Shown here piece after piece: positions 1 to 17,349 of a stretch of 64,000 nt of DNA (position 1 is its first letter; every line of letters begins with the position of its first letter). The translations under genes were made by a program, and so were the position numbers. Origin of the DNA: Eledone cirrhosa (lineage: Eukaryota); NCBI GenBank assembly GCA_964016885.1, contig OZ024743.1:211544001-211608000 (forward strand), given 5' to 3'. The notes below the pieces were generated by a model, which did not search any database, was not told the DNA's origin, and saw nothing but the letters and a program-made list of their open reading frames with translations.

Positions 1-819
1 TGGATATATGTCATATATACGAGGATTACTGGATATATGTCATATATACCAGGATTATTGGATATATGTCATATATACCAGGATTACTGGATATATGTCA
101 TATATACAATGAATAATGGATATTACTGGATATATGTCATATATACCAGGATTACTGGATATATGTCATATACACCAGGATTACTGGATATAAGTCATAT
201 ATACCTGGATTACTGGATAAATGTCATATATACCAGGATTACTGGATATATGTCATATATACCAGGAATACTGGATATATGTCATATATACCAGGAGTAC
301 TGGATATATCTCATATATACCAGGATTACTGGATATATGTCATATATACCAGGATTACTGGATATATCTCATATACCAGGATTACTGGATATATCTCATA
401 TACCAGGATTACTGGATATATATCATATATACCAGGATTACTGGATATATGTCATATACCAGGATTACTGGATATATCTCATATATACCAGGATTACTGG
501 ATATATGACATATATACCAGGATTATTAGATATATGTCATATATACCAGGATTATTGGAGATATGTCATATATACGAGGATTACTGGATATATGTCATAT
601 ATACCAGGATTATTGGATATATGTCATATATACCAGGATTACTGGATATATGTCATATATACCAGGATTACTGGATATATGTCATATATACCAGGATTAC
701 TGGATATATCTCATATATACCAGGATTACTGGATATATGTCATATATACCAGGATTACTGGATATATGTCATATATACCAGGATTTCTGGATATATCTCA
801 TATATACCAGGATTACTGG

Positions 820-863
820 ATATATGTCATATATCCAGTAATACTAGTATATATGACATATAT
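820..863 (-). repeat. Locally inverted monomer (first example, CCAGTAATACTAG subtype)
   Basis: ATATATGTCATATAT-CCAGTAATACTAGT-ATATATGACATATAT: the core is the reverse complement of a monomer core. The same subtype occurs at 5407 and 13963. Confidence 0.93.
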
Positions 864-1674
864 ACCAGGATTACTGGATATATGTCATATAGACCAGGAT
901 TACTGGATATATGTCATATATAGCAGGATTACTGCGTATATGTCATATATACAGGATTACTGGATATATGTCATATATACCAAGATTTTTGGATATATGT
1001 CATATATACCAGGATTACTGGATATATATCATATATACTAGGATTACTGGATATATGTCATATATACAAGGTTTACTGGATATATGTCATATATACCAGG
1101 ATTACTGGATATATGTCATATATACCAGGATTACTAGATATATCTCATATAGACCAGGATTACTGGATATATGTCATATATACCAGGATTACTGGATATA
1201 TCTCATATATACCAGGATTACTGGATATATGCCATATATACCAAAATGACTGGATATAGCTCATATATACCAGGATTACTGGATATATGTCATGTATATC
1301 AGGATTACTGGATATATCTCACATATACCAGGATTACTGGATATATGTCATATATACCAGGAATACTGGATATATGTAATATATACCAGGATTACTGGAT
1401 ATATCTCATATATACCAGGATTACTGGATATATGTCATATATACCAGGAATACTGGATATATGTCATATATACCAGGATTACTGGATATATCTCATATAT
1501 ACCAGGATTACTGGATATATGTCATATATACCAGGATTACTGGATATATGTCATATATACCTGGATTACTGGATATATGTCATATATACAGGATTACTGG
1601 ATATATGTCATATATACCAGGATTACTGGATATATCTCATATATACCAGGATTACTGGATATATGTCATATATA

Positions 1675-1898
1675 CCAGGATTACAGGATATATCTCATAT
1701 ACCAGGATTACTGGATATATCTCATATACCAGGATTACTGGATATATCTCATGTACCAGGATTACTGGATATATATCATATATACCAGGATTACTGGATA
1801 TATGTCATATACCAGGATTACTGGATATATCTCATATATACCAAGATTACTGGATATATGACATATATACCAGGATTATTAGATATATGTCATATATA
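1675..1898 (+). repeat. Recurrent ordered cassette of variant monomers (example)
   Basis: Two to four 27-mers (CCAGGATTACTGGATATATCTCATATA), then an ATATATATCAT monomer, a 27-mer GTC, a CTC, a GAC monomer and a GATTATTAG monomer. Related forms recur roughly 40 times. Confidence 0.85.
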
Positions 1899-4580
1899 CC
1901 AGGATTACTGGATATATGTCATATATACCAGGATTACTGGATATATGTCATACATACTAGGATTACTGGATATGTCATATATACCAGGATTACTGGATAT
2001 ATGTCATATATACCAGGATTACTGGATATATGTCATATATACCAGGATTACCTGATATATGTCATATATACCAGGATTACTGGATATATGTCATATATAC
2101 TTGGATTACTGGATATATGTCATATATACCAGAATTACTGGATATATGTCATATATAGCAGGATTACTGGATATATCTCACATATACCAGGATTACTGGA
2201 TATATGTCATATATACCAGGAATACTGGATATATGTCATATATACCAGGATTACTGGATATATCTCATATATACCAGGATTACTGGTTATATGTCATATA
2301 TACCATGAATACTGGATATATGTCATATAGACCAGGATTACTGGATATATGTCATATATGCCAGGATTACTAGATATATGTCATATATACAAGGATTACT
2401 GGATATATGTCATATATACTAGGATTACTGGATATATGTCATATATACCAGAATTACTGGATATATGTCATATATACCAGGAATACTGGATATATGTCAT
2501 ATATACCAGGATTACTGGATATATCTCATATATACCAGGATTACTGGATATATGTCATATATACCAGGATTAATGAATATATGTCATATATACTAGGATT
2601 ACTGGATATATGTCATATATACCAGGATTACTGGATATATGTCATATATTCTAGGATTACTGGATATGTCATATATACCAGGATTACAGGATATATGTCA
2701 TATATACCAGGATTACTGGATATATGTCATATATACTAGGATTACTGGATATATCTGATATATACCAGGATTACTGGATATATGTCATATATACCAGGAT
2801 TACTGGATATATGTCATATATACCAGGAATACTGGATATATGTCGTATATACCAGGATTACTGGATATATGTCATATATACCAGGATTACTGGATATATG
2901 TCATATATACCTGGATTACTGAATATATGTCATATATACCAGGAATACTGGATATATGTCATATATACCAGGATTACTGGATATGTCTCATATATAGCAG
3001 GATTACTGGATATATGTCATATATACTAGGATTACTGGATATATCTCATATACCAGGATTACTGGATATATCTCATATACCAGGATTACTGGATATATCT
3101 CATATACCAGGATTACTGGATATATATCATATATACCAGGATTACTGGATATATGTCATATACCAGGATTACTGGATATATCTCATATATACCAAGATTA
3201 CTGGATATATGACATATATACCAGGATTATTAGATATATGTCATATATACCAGGATTACTGGATATATGTAATATATACCAGGATTACTGGATATATGTC
3301 ATACATACTAGGATTACTGGATATGTCATATATACCAGGATTACTGGATATATGTCATATATACCAGGATTACTGGATATATGTCATATATACCAGGATT
3401 ACTGGATATATGTCATATATACCAGGATTACTGGGTATATGTCATATATACTTGGATTACTTGATATATGTCATATATACCAGAATTACTGGATATATGT
3501 CATATATACCAGGATTACTGGATATATCTCACATATACCAGGATTACTGGATATATGTCATATATACCAGGAATACTGGATATATGTCATATATACCAGG
3601 ATTACTGGATATATCTCATATATACCAGGATTACTGGATATATGTCATATATACCATGAATACTGGATATATGTCATATAGACCAGGATTACTGGATATA
3701 TGTCATATATACCAGGATTACTAGATATATGTCATATATACAAGGATTACTGGATATATGTCATATATACCAGGATTACTGGATATATGTCATATATACC
3801 AGAATTACTGGATATATGTCATATATATCAGGAATACTGGATATATGTCATATATACCAGGATTACTGGATATATCTCATATATACCAGGATTACTGGAT
3901 ATATGTCATATATACCAGGATTAATGAATATATGTCATATATACTAGGATTACTGGATATGTCATATATACCAGGATTACTGGATATATGTCATATATTC
4001 TAGAATTACTGGATATGTCATATATACCAGGATTACAGGATATATGTCATATATACCAGGATTACTGGATATATGTCATATATACTAGGATTACTGGATA
4101 TATCTGATATATACCAGGATTACTGGATATCTGTCATATATGCCAGGATTACTGGATATATGTCATATATACCAGGATTACTGAATATATGTCATATATA
4201 CCAGGAATACTGGATATATGTCATATATACCAGGATTACTGGATATGTCTCATATATAGCAGGATTACTGGATATATCTCATATACCAGGATTACTGGAT
4301 ATATCTCATATACCAGGATTACTGGATATATATCATATATACCAGGATTACTGGATATATGTCATATACCAGGATTACTGGATATATCTCAGATATACCA
4401 GAATTACTGGATATATGACATATATACCAGGATTATTAGATATATGTCATATATACCAGGATTACTGGATATGTCATATATACCAGGATTACTGGATATA
4501 TGTCATATATACTAGGATTACTGGATATGTCATATATACCAGGATTACTGGATATATGTCATATAAACCAGGATTACTGG

Positions 4581-4682
4581 ATATATGTCATATATCCAGT
4601 AATCCTAGTATATATGACATATATACCAGGATTTCTGGATATATGTCATATATCCAGTAATCCTAGTATATATGACATATAT
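4581..4682 (-). repeat. Pair of inverted monomers 58 bp apart (CCAGTAATCCTAG subtype)
   Basis: Inverted cores start at 4596 and 4654, separated by one forward CCAGGATTTCTGG monomer. The same doublet occurs at 7819/7877, 11679/11737 and 50105/50163. Confidence 0.93.
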
Positions 4683-7600
4683 ACCAGGATTACTGGATAG
4701 ATGTCATATACCAGGATTACTGGATATATCTCAGATATACCAGGATTACTGGATATATGTCATATATACCAGGATTAGTGGATATATGTCATATACACCA
4801 GGATTACTGGATATATCTCATACATACCAGGATTACTGCATATATGTCATATATACCAGAATTACTGGATATATGTCATATATACCAGGATTACTGGATA
4901 TATCTCATATATACCAGGATTACTGGATATATGTCATATATACCAGGTTTACTGGATATATGTCATATATACCAGGATTAGTGGATATATGTCATATATA
5001 CCAGGATTACTGGATATATCTCATATATACCAGGATTACTGGATATATTCTTATATATACCAAGAATACTGGATATATGACATATATACCAGGATTATTA
5101 GATATATGTCATATATACCAGGATTATTGGATATATGTCATATATACGAGGATTACTGGATATATGTCATATATACCAGGATTATTGGATATATGTCATA
5201 TATACCAGGATTACTGGATATATGTCATATATACCAGGATTACTGGATATATGTCATATATACCAGGATTACTGGATATATCTCATATATACCAGGATTA
5301 CTGGATATATGTCATATATACCAGGATTACTGGATATATGTCATATATACCAGGATTTCTGGATATATCTCATATATACCAGGATTACTGGATATATGTC
5401 ATATATCCAGTAATACTAGTATATATGACATATATACCAGGATTACTGGATACATGTCATATATATCAGGATTACTGGATATATGTCATATATAGCAGGA
5501 TTACTGCATATATGTCATATATACAGGATTACTGGATATATGTCATATATACCAAGATTTTTGGATATATGTCATATATACCAGGATTACTGGATATATG
5601 TCATATATACTAGGATTACTGGATATATGTCATATATACAAGGTTTACTGGATATATGTCATATATACCAGGATTACTGGATATATGTCATATATACCAG
5701 GATTACTAGATATATCTCATATAGACCAGGATTACTGGATATATGTCATATATACCAGGATTACTGGATATATCTCATATATACCAGGATTACTGGATAT
5801 ATGCCATATATACCAAAATGACTGGATATAGCTCATATATACCAGGATTACTGGATATATGTCATGTATATCAGGATTACTGGATATATCTCACATATAC
5901 CAGGATTACTGGATATATGTCATATATACCAGGAATACTGGATATATGTAATATATACCAGGATTACTGGATATATCTCATATATACCAGGATTACTGGA
6001 TATATGTCATATATACCAGGAATACTGGATATATGTCATATATACCAGGATTACTGGATATATCTCATATATACCAGGATTACTGGATATATGTCATATA
6101 TACCAGGATTACTGGATATATGTCATATATACCTGGATTACTGGATATATGTCATATATACAGGATTACTGGATATATGTCATATATACCAGGATTACTG
6201 GATATATCTCATATATACCAGGATTACTGGATATATGTCATATATACCAGGATTACAGGATATATCTCATATACCAGGATTACTGGATATATCTCATATA
6301 CCAGGATTACTGGATATATCTCATGTACCAGGATTACTGGATATATATCATATATACCAGGATTACTGGATATATGTCATATACCAGGATTACTGGATAT
6401 ATCTCATATATACCAAGATTACTGGATATATGACATATATACCAGGATTATTAGATATATGTCATATATACCAGGATTACTGGATATATGTCATATATAC
6501 CAGGATTACTGGATATATGTCATACATACTAGGATTACTGGATATGTCATATATACCAGGATTACTGGATATATGTCATATATACCAGGATTACTGGATA
6601 TATGTCATATATACCAGGATTACCGGATATATGTCATATATACCAGGATTACTGGATATATGTCATATATACTTGGATTACTGGATATATGTCATATATA
6701 CCAGAATTACTGGATATATGTCATATATACCAGGATTACTGGATATATCTCACATATACCAGGATTACTGGATATATGTCATATATACCAGGAATACTGG
6801 ATATATGTCATATATACCAGGATTACTGGATATATCTCATATACCTGGATTACTGGTTATATGTCATATATACCATGAATACTGGATATATGTCATATAG
6901 ACCAGGATTACTGGATATATGTCATATATACCAGGATTACTAGATATATGTCATATATACAAGGATTACTGGATATATGTCATATATACTAGGATTACTG
7001 GATATATGTCATATATACCAGAATTACTGGATATATGTCATATATACCAGGAATACTGGATATATGTCATATATACCAGGATTACTGGATATATCTCATA
7101 TATACCAGGATTACTGGATATATGTCATATATACCAGGATTAATGAATATATGTCATATATACTAGGATTACTGGATATGTCATATATACCAGGATTACT
7201 GGATATATGTCATATATTCTAGGATCACTGGATATGTCATATATACCAGGATTACAGGATATATGTCATATATACCAGGATTACTGGATATATGTCATAT
7301 ATACTAGGATTACTGGATATATCTGATATATACCAGGATTACTGGATATATGTCATATATACCAGGATTACTGGATATATGTCATATATACCAGGAATAC
7401 TGGATATATGTCGTATATACCAGGATTACTGGATATATGTCATATATACCAGGATTACTGGATATATGTCATATATACCTGGATTACTGAATATATGTCA
7501 TATATACCAGGAATACTGGATATATGTCATATATACCAGGATTACTGGATATGTCTCATATATACCAGGATTACTGGATATATGTCATATACCAGGATTA

Positions 7601-10600
7601 CTGGATATATCTCAGATATACCAGAATTACTGGATATATGACATATATACCAGGATTATTAGATATATGTCATATATACCAGGATTACTGGATATGTCAT
7701 ATATACCAGGATTACTGGATATATGTCATATATACTAGGATTACTGGATATGTCATATAGACCAGGATTACTGGATATATGTCATATAAACCAGGATTAC
7801 TGGATATATGTCATATATCCAGTAATCCTAGTATATATGACATATATACCAGGATTTCTGGATATATGTCATATATCCAGTAATCCTAGTATATATGACA
7901 TATATACCAGGATTACTGGATATATGTCATATACCAGGATTACTGGATATATCTCAGATATACCAGGATTACTGGATATATGTCATATATACCAGGATTA
8001 GTGGATATATGTCATATACACCAGGATTACTGGATATATCTCATACATACCAGGATTACTGGATATATGTCATATATACCAGAATTACTGGATATATGTC
8101 ATATATACCAGGATTACTGGATATATCTCATATATACCAGGATTACTGGATATATGTCATATATACCAGGTTTACTGGATATATGTTATATATACCAGGA
8201 TTAGTGGATATATGTCATATATACCAGGATTACTGGATATATCTCATATATACCAGGATTACTGGATATATTCTTATATATACCAAGAATACTGGATATA
8301 TGTCATATATACCAGGATTACTGGATATATGTCATATATACGAAGATTACTGGATATATGTCATATATACCAGGATTACTGGATATATCCCATATATACC
8401 AGGATTACTGGATATATGTCATATATACCAGGAATACTGGATATATCTCATATATACCAGGATTACTGAATATATGTCATATATACCAGGAATACTGTAT
8501 ATATGTCATATATACCAGGATTACTGGATATATGTCATATATACCAGGATTACTGGATATATCTCATATGCCAGGATTACTGGATATATCTCATATACCA
8601 GGATTATTGGATATATCTCATATATCAGGATTAATGGATATATCTCATATACCAGGATTACTGGATATATATCATATATACCAGGATTACTGGATATATG
8701 TCATATACCAGGATTACTAGATATATCTCATATATACCAGGATTACTGGATATATGTCATATGTACCAGGATTACTGGATATATGTCATATATACCAGGA
8801 TTACTGGATATATCTCATATATACCAGGATTACTGGATATATGTCATATATACCAGGATTACAGGATATATCTCATATACCAGGATTACTGGATATATCT
8901 CATATACCAGGATTACTGGATATATCTCATATACCAGGATTACTGGATATATGTCATATATAACAGGATTACTAGATATATGTCATATATACTAGGATTA
9001 CTGGATATATGTCATATATACCAGAATTACTGGATGTATGTCATATATACCAGGAATACTGGATATATGTCATATATACCAGGATTACTGGATATATCTC
9101 ATATATACCAGGATTACTGGATATATGTCATATATACCAGGATTACTGGATATATGTCATATATTCTAGGATTACTGGATATGTCATATATACCAGGATT
9201 ACTGGATATATCTGATATATACCAGGATTACTGGATATATGTCATATATACCAGGATTACTGGATGTATGTCATATATACCAGGAATACTGGATATATGT
9301 CGTATATACCAGGATTACTGGATATATGTCATATAGACCAGGATTACTGGATATATATCCTATATACCAGGATTACTGGATATATGTCATATACCAGGAT
9401 TACTGGATATATCTCATATATACCAAGATTACTGGATATATGACATATATACCAGGATTATTAGATATATGTCATATATACCAGGATTACTGGATATATG
9501 TCATATATACCAGGAATACTGGATATATGTCATATATACCAGGATTACTGGATATATCTCACATATACCAGGATTACTGGATATATGTCATATATACCAG
9601 GAATACTGGATATATGTCATATATACCAGGATTACTGGATATATCTCATATATACCAGGATTACTGAATATATGTCATATATACCAGGAATACTGTATAT
9701 ATGTCATATATACCAGGATTACTGGATATATGTCATATATACCAGGATTACTGGATATATCTCATATGCCAGGATTACTGGATATATCTCATATACCAGG
9801 ATTATTGGATATATCTCATATATCAGGATTAATGGATATATCTCATATACCAGGATTACTGGATATATATCATATATACCAGGATTACTGGATATATGTC
9901 ATATACCAGGATTACTAGATATATCTCATATATACCAGGATTACTGGATATATGTCATATGTACCAGGATTACTGGATATATGTCATATATACCAGGATT
10001 ATTGGATACATCTCATATATACCAGGATTACTGGATATATGTCATATATACCAGGATTACTGGATATATGTCATATATACCAGGATTACAGGATATATCT
10101 CATATACCAGGATTACTGGATATATCTCATATACCAGGATTACTGGATATATCTCATATACCAGGATTACTGGATATATATCATATATACCAGGATTACT
10201 GGATATATGTCATATACCAGGATTACTGGATATATCTGATATATACCAAGATTACTGGATATATGACATATATACCAGGATTATTAGATATATGTCATAT
10301 ATACCAGGATTACTGGATATATGTAATATATACCAGGATTACTGGATATATGTCATACATACTAGGATTACTGGATATGTCATATATACCAGGATTACTG
10401 GATATATGTCATATATACCAGGACTACTGGATATATGTCATATATACCAGGATTACTGGATATATGTCATATATACCAGGATTACTGGATATATGTCATA
10501 TATACTTGGATTACTTGATATATGTCATATATACCAGAATTACTGTATATATGTCATATATACCAGGATTACTGGATATATTTCACATATACCAGGATTA

Positions 10601-13600
10601 CTGGATATATGTCATATATACCAGGAATACTGGATATATGTCATATATACCAGGATTACTGGATATATCTCATATATACCAGGATTACTGGATATATGTC
10701 ATATATACCATGAATACTGGATATAAGTCATATAGACCAGGATTACTGGATATATGTCATATATACCAGGATTACTAGATATATGTCATATATACAAGGA
10801 TTACTGGATATATGTCATATATACCAGGATTATTGGATATATGTCATATATACCAGAATTACTGGATATATGTCATATATACCAGGAATGCTGGATATAT
10901 GTCATATATACCAGGATTACTGGATATATCTCATATATACCAGGATTACTGGATATATGTCATATATACCAGGATTAATGAATATATGTCATATATACTA
11001 GGATTACTGGATATGTCATATATACCAGGATTACTGGATATATGTCATATATTCTAGGATTACTGGATATGTCATATATACCAGGATTACAGGATATATG
11101 TCATATATACCAGGATTACTGGATATATGTCATATATACTAGGATTACTGGATATATCTGATATATACCAGGATTACTGGATATATGTCATATATGCCAG
11201 GATTACTGGATATATGTCATATATACCTGGATTACTGGATATATGTCATATATACCAGGATTACTGAATATATGTCATATATACCAGGAATACTGGATAT
11301 ATGTCATATATACCAGGATTACTGGATATGTCTCATATATAGCAGGATTACTGGATATATCTCATATGCCAGGATTACTGGATATATCTCATATACCAGG
11401 ATTACTGGATATATATCATATATACCAGGATTACTGGATATATGTCATATACCAGGATTACTGGATATATCTCAGATATACCAGAATTACTGGATATATG
11501 ACATATATACCAGGATTATTAGATATATGTCATATATACCAGGATTACTGGATATGTCATATATACCAGGATTACTGGATATATGTCATATATACTAGGA
11601 TTACTGGATATGTGATATATACCAGGATTACTGGATATATGTCATATAAACCAGGATTACTGGATATATGTCATATATCCAGTAATCCTAGTATATATGA
11701 CATATATACCAGGATTTCTGGATATATGTCATATATCCAGTAATCCTAGTATATATGACATATATACCAGGATTACTGGATATATGTCATATACCAGGAT
11801 TACTGGATATATCTCAGATATACCAGGATTACTGGATATATGTCATATATACCAGGATTAGTGGATATATGTCATATACACCAGGATTACTGGATATATC
11901 TCATACATACCAGGATTACTGGATATATGTCATATATACCAGAATTACTGGATATATGTCATATATACCAGGATTACTGGATATATCTCATATATACCAG
12001 GATTACTGGATATATGTCATATATACCAGGTTTACTGGATATATGTCATATATACCAGGATTAGTGGATATATGTCATATATACCAGGATTACTGGATAT
12101 ATCTCATACATACCAGGATTACTGGATATATGTCATATATACCAGGATTACTGGATATATGTCATATATACCAGGATTACTGGATATATGTCATATATAC
12201 CAGGATTACTGGATATATGTCATATATACCAGGATTACTGGATATATGTCATATAGACTAGGATTACTGGATATATGTCATATGTACCAGGAAAACTGGA
12301 TATATGCCATATATACCAGGATTACTGGATATATCTCATATATACCAGGATTACTGGATATATTCTTATATATACCAAGAATACTGGATATATGTCATAT
12401 ATACCAGGAGTACTGGATATATGTCATATATACCAAGATTACTGGATATATGTCATATATACCAGGATTACTGGATATATCCCATATATACCAGGATTAG
12501 TGGATATATGTCATATATACCAGGATTACTGGATATATCTCATACATAACAGGATTACTGGATATATGTCATATATACCAGGATTACTGGATATATGTCA
12601 TATATACCAGGATTACTGGATATATGTCATATATACCAGGATTACTGGATATATCTCACATATACCAGGATTACTGGATATATGTCATATATACCAGGAA
12701 TACTGGATATATGTCATATATACCAGGATTACTGGATATATCTCATATATACCAGGATTACTGAATATATGTCATATATACCATGAATACTGTATATATG
12801 TCACATATACCAGGATTACTGGATATATGTCATATATACCAGGATTACTGGATATATCTCATATGCCAGGATTACTGGATATAGCTCATATACCAGGATT
12901 ATTGGATATATCTCATATATCAGGATTACTGGATATATCTCATATACCAGGATTACTGGATATATATCATATATACCAGGATTACTGGATATATGTCATA
13001 TACCAGGATTACTAGATATATCTCATATATACCAGGATTACTGGATATATGACATACATAGCAGGATTATTAGATATATGTCATGTATACCAGGATTACT
13101 GGATATATGTCATATATACCAGGATTATTGGATATATGTCATATATACCAGGATTACTGGATATGTGTCATATATACCAGGATTACTGGATATATGTCAT
13201 ATATACGAGGATTACTGGATATATGTCATATATACCAGGATTATTGGATATATGTCATATATACCAGGATTACTGGATATATGTCATATATACAATGAAT
13301 AATGGATATTACTGGATATATGTCATATATACCAGGATTACTGGATATATGTCATATACACCAGGATTACTGGATATACGTCATATATACCTGGATTACT
13401 GGATAAATGTCATATATACCAGGATTACTGGATATATGTCATATATACCAGGAATACTGGATATATGTCATATATACCAGGAGTACTGGATATATCTCAT
13501 ATATACCAGGATTACTGGATATATGTCATATATACCTGGATTACTGGATATATCTCATATACCAGGATTACTGGATATATCTCATATACCAAGATTACTG

Positions 13601-16600
13601 TATATATATCTTATATACCAGGATTACTGGATATATGTCATATACCAGGATTACTGGATATATCTCATATATACCAGGATTACTGGATATATGACATATA
13701 TACCAGGATTATTGGATATATGTCATATATACGAGGATTACTGGATATATGTCATATATACCAGGATTATTGGATATATGTCATATATACCAGGATTACT
13801 GGATATATGTCATATATACCAGGATTACTGGATATATCTCATATATACCAGGATTACTGGATATATGTCATATATACCAGGATTACTGGATATATGTCAT
13901 ATATACCAGGATTTCTGGATATATCTCATATATACCAGGATTACTGGATATATGTCATATATCCAGTAATACTAGTATATATGACATATATACCAGGATT
14001 ACTGGATATATGTCATATATACCAGGATTACTGGATATATGTCATATATAGCAGGATTACTGCATATATGTCATATATACAGGATTACTGGATATATGTC
14101 ATATATACCAAGATTTTTGGATATATGTCATATATACAAGGTTTACTGGATATATGTCATATATACCAGGATTACTGGATATATGTCATATATACCAGGA
14201 TTACTAGATATATCTCATATAGACCAGGATTACTGGATATATGCCATATATACCAGGATTACTGGATATATCTCATATATACCAGGATTACTGGATATAT
14301 GCCATATATACCAAAATGACTGGATATAGCTCATATATACCAGGATTACTGGATATATGTCATGTATATCAGGATTACTGGATATATCTCACATATACCA
14401 GGATTACTGGATATATGTCATATATACCAGGAATACTGGATATATGTCATATATACCAGGATTACTGGATATATCTCATATATACCAGGATTACTGGATA
14501 TATGTCATATATACCAGGAACACTGGATATATGTCATATATACCAGGATTACTGGATATATCTCATATATACCAGGATTACTGGATATATGTCATATATA
14601 CCAGGATTACTGGATATATGTCATATATACCTGGATTACTGGATATATGTCATATATACAGGATTACTGGATATATGTCATATATACCAGGATTACTGGA
14701 TATATCTCATATATACCAGGATTACTGGATATATGTCATATATACCAGGATTACAGGATATATCTCATATACCAGGATTACTGGATATATCTCATATACC
14801 AGGATTACTGGATATATCTCATGTACCAGGATTACTGCATATATATCATATATACCAGGATTACTGGATATATGTCATATACCAGGATTACTGGATATAT
14901 CTCATATATACCAAGATAACTGGATATATGACATATATACCAGGATTATTAGATATATGTCATATATACCAGGATTACTGGATATATGTCATATATACCA
15001 GGATTACTGGATATATGTCATACATACTAGGATTACTGGATATGTCATATATACCAGGATTACTGGATATATGTCATATATACCAGGATTACTGGATATA
15101 TGTCATATATACCAGGATTACCGGATATATGTCACATATACCAGGATTACTGGATATATGTCATATATACTTGGATTACTGGATATATGTCATATATACC
15201 AGAATTACTGGATATATGTCATATATACCAGGATTACTGGATATATCTCACATATACCAGGATTACTGGATATATGTCATATATACCAGGAATACTGGAT
15301 ATATGTCATATATACCAGGATTACTGGATATATCTCATATATACCAGGATTACTGGTTATATGTCATATATACCATGAATACTGGATATATGTCATATAG
15401 ACCAGGATTACTGGATATATGTCATATATACCAGGATTACTAGATATATGTCATATATACAAGGATTACTGGATATATGTCATATATACTAGGATTACTG
15501 GATATATGTCATATATACCAGAATTACTGGATATATGTCATATATACCAGGAATACTGGATATATGTCATATATACGAGGATTACTGGATATATCTCATA
15601 TATACCAGGATTACTGGATATATGTCATATATACCAGGATTAATGAATATGTGTCATATATACTAGGATTACTGGATATATGTCATATATACCAGGATTA
15701 CTGGATATATGTCATATATTCTAGGATTACTGGATATGTCATATATACCAGGATTACAGGATATATGTCATATATACCAGGATTACTGGATATATGTCAT
15801 ATATACTAGGATTACTGGATATATCTGATATATACCAGGATTACTGGATATATGTCATATATACCAGGATTACTGGATATATGTCATATATACCAGGAAT
15901 ACTGGATATATGTCGTATATACCAGGATTACTGGATATATGTCATATATACCAGGATTACTGGATATATGTCATATATACCTGGATTACTGAATATATGT
16001 CATATATACCAGGAATACTGGATATATGTCATATATACCAGGATTACTGGATATGTCTCATATATAGCAGGATTACTGGATATATGTCATATATACTAGG
16101 ATTACTGGATATATCTCATATACCAGGATTACTGGATATATCTCATATACCAGGATTACTGGATATATCTCATATACCAGGATTACTGGATATATATCAT
16201 ATATACCAGGATTACTGGATATATGTCATATACCAGGATTACTGGATATGTCTCAGATATACCAGAATTAATGGATATATGACATATATGCCAGGATTAT
16301 TAGATATACGTCATATATACCAGGATTACTGGATATGTCATATATACCAGGATTACTGGATATATGTCATATATACTAGGATTACTGGATATGTCATATA
16401 TACCAGGATTACTGGATATATGTCATATATACCAGGATTACTGGATATATGTCATATATCCAGTAATCCTAGTATATATGACATATATACCAGGATTACT
16501 GGATATATCTTAGATATACCAGGATTACTGGATATATGTCATATATACCAGGATTAGTGGATATATGTCATATACACCAGGATTACTGGATATATCTCAT

Positions 16601-17349
16601 ACATACCAGGATTACTGGATATATGTCATATATACCAGGATTACTGGATATATGTCATATATACCAGGATTACTGGATATATGTCATATATACCAGGATT
16701 AGTGGATATATGTCATATATACCAGGATTACTGGATATATCTCATACATACCAGGATTACTGGATATATGTTATATATACCAGGATTACTGGATATATGT
16801 CATATAGACTAGGATTACTGGATATATGTCATATGTACCAGGATTACTGGATATATGCCATATATACCAGGATTACTGGATATATCTCATATATACCAGG
16901 ATTACTGGATATATTCTTATATATACCAAGAATACTGGATATATGTCATATATACCAGGATTACTGGATATATGTCATATATACCAAGATTACTGGATAT
17001 ATGTCATATATACCAGGATTACTGGATATATCCCATATATACCAGGATTACTGGATATATGTCATATATACAAGGAATATTGGATATATGTCATATATAC
17101 CAGGATTACTGGATATATCTCACATATACCAGGATTACTGGATATATGTCATATATACCAGGAATACTGGATATATGTCATATATACCAGGATTACTGGA
17201 TATATCTCATATATACCAGGATTACTGAATATATGTCATATATACCAGGAATACTCTATATATGTCATATATACCAGGATTACTGGATATATGTCATATA
17301 TCCCAGGATTACTGGATATATGTCATATATATCAGGAATACTGGATATA

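Larger units (their letters stand above)
490..7560 (+). repeat. Higher-order duplication, offset ~4,572 bp (~490-3000 vs ~5060-7560)
   Basis: Matching ORFs 563/5135, 911/5483, 1171/5743 and 1292/5864, plus shared rare variants such as CCAAAATGACTGGATATAGCTC. A third copy lies at ~13.1-16.3 kb (offsets 13,186 and 13,070). Confidence 0.9.

Noticed and set aside
820-863. Recombinase-driven invertible switch (phase variation)
   Set aside because: No recombinase or regulated gene is present. The asymmetric GTC/GAC flanks and shared CTAG variant fit a single template-switch event later amplified.
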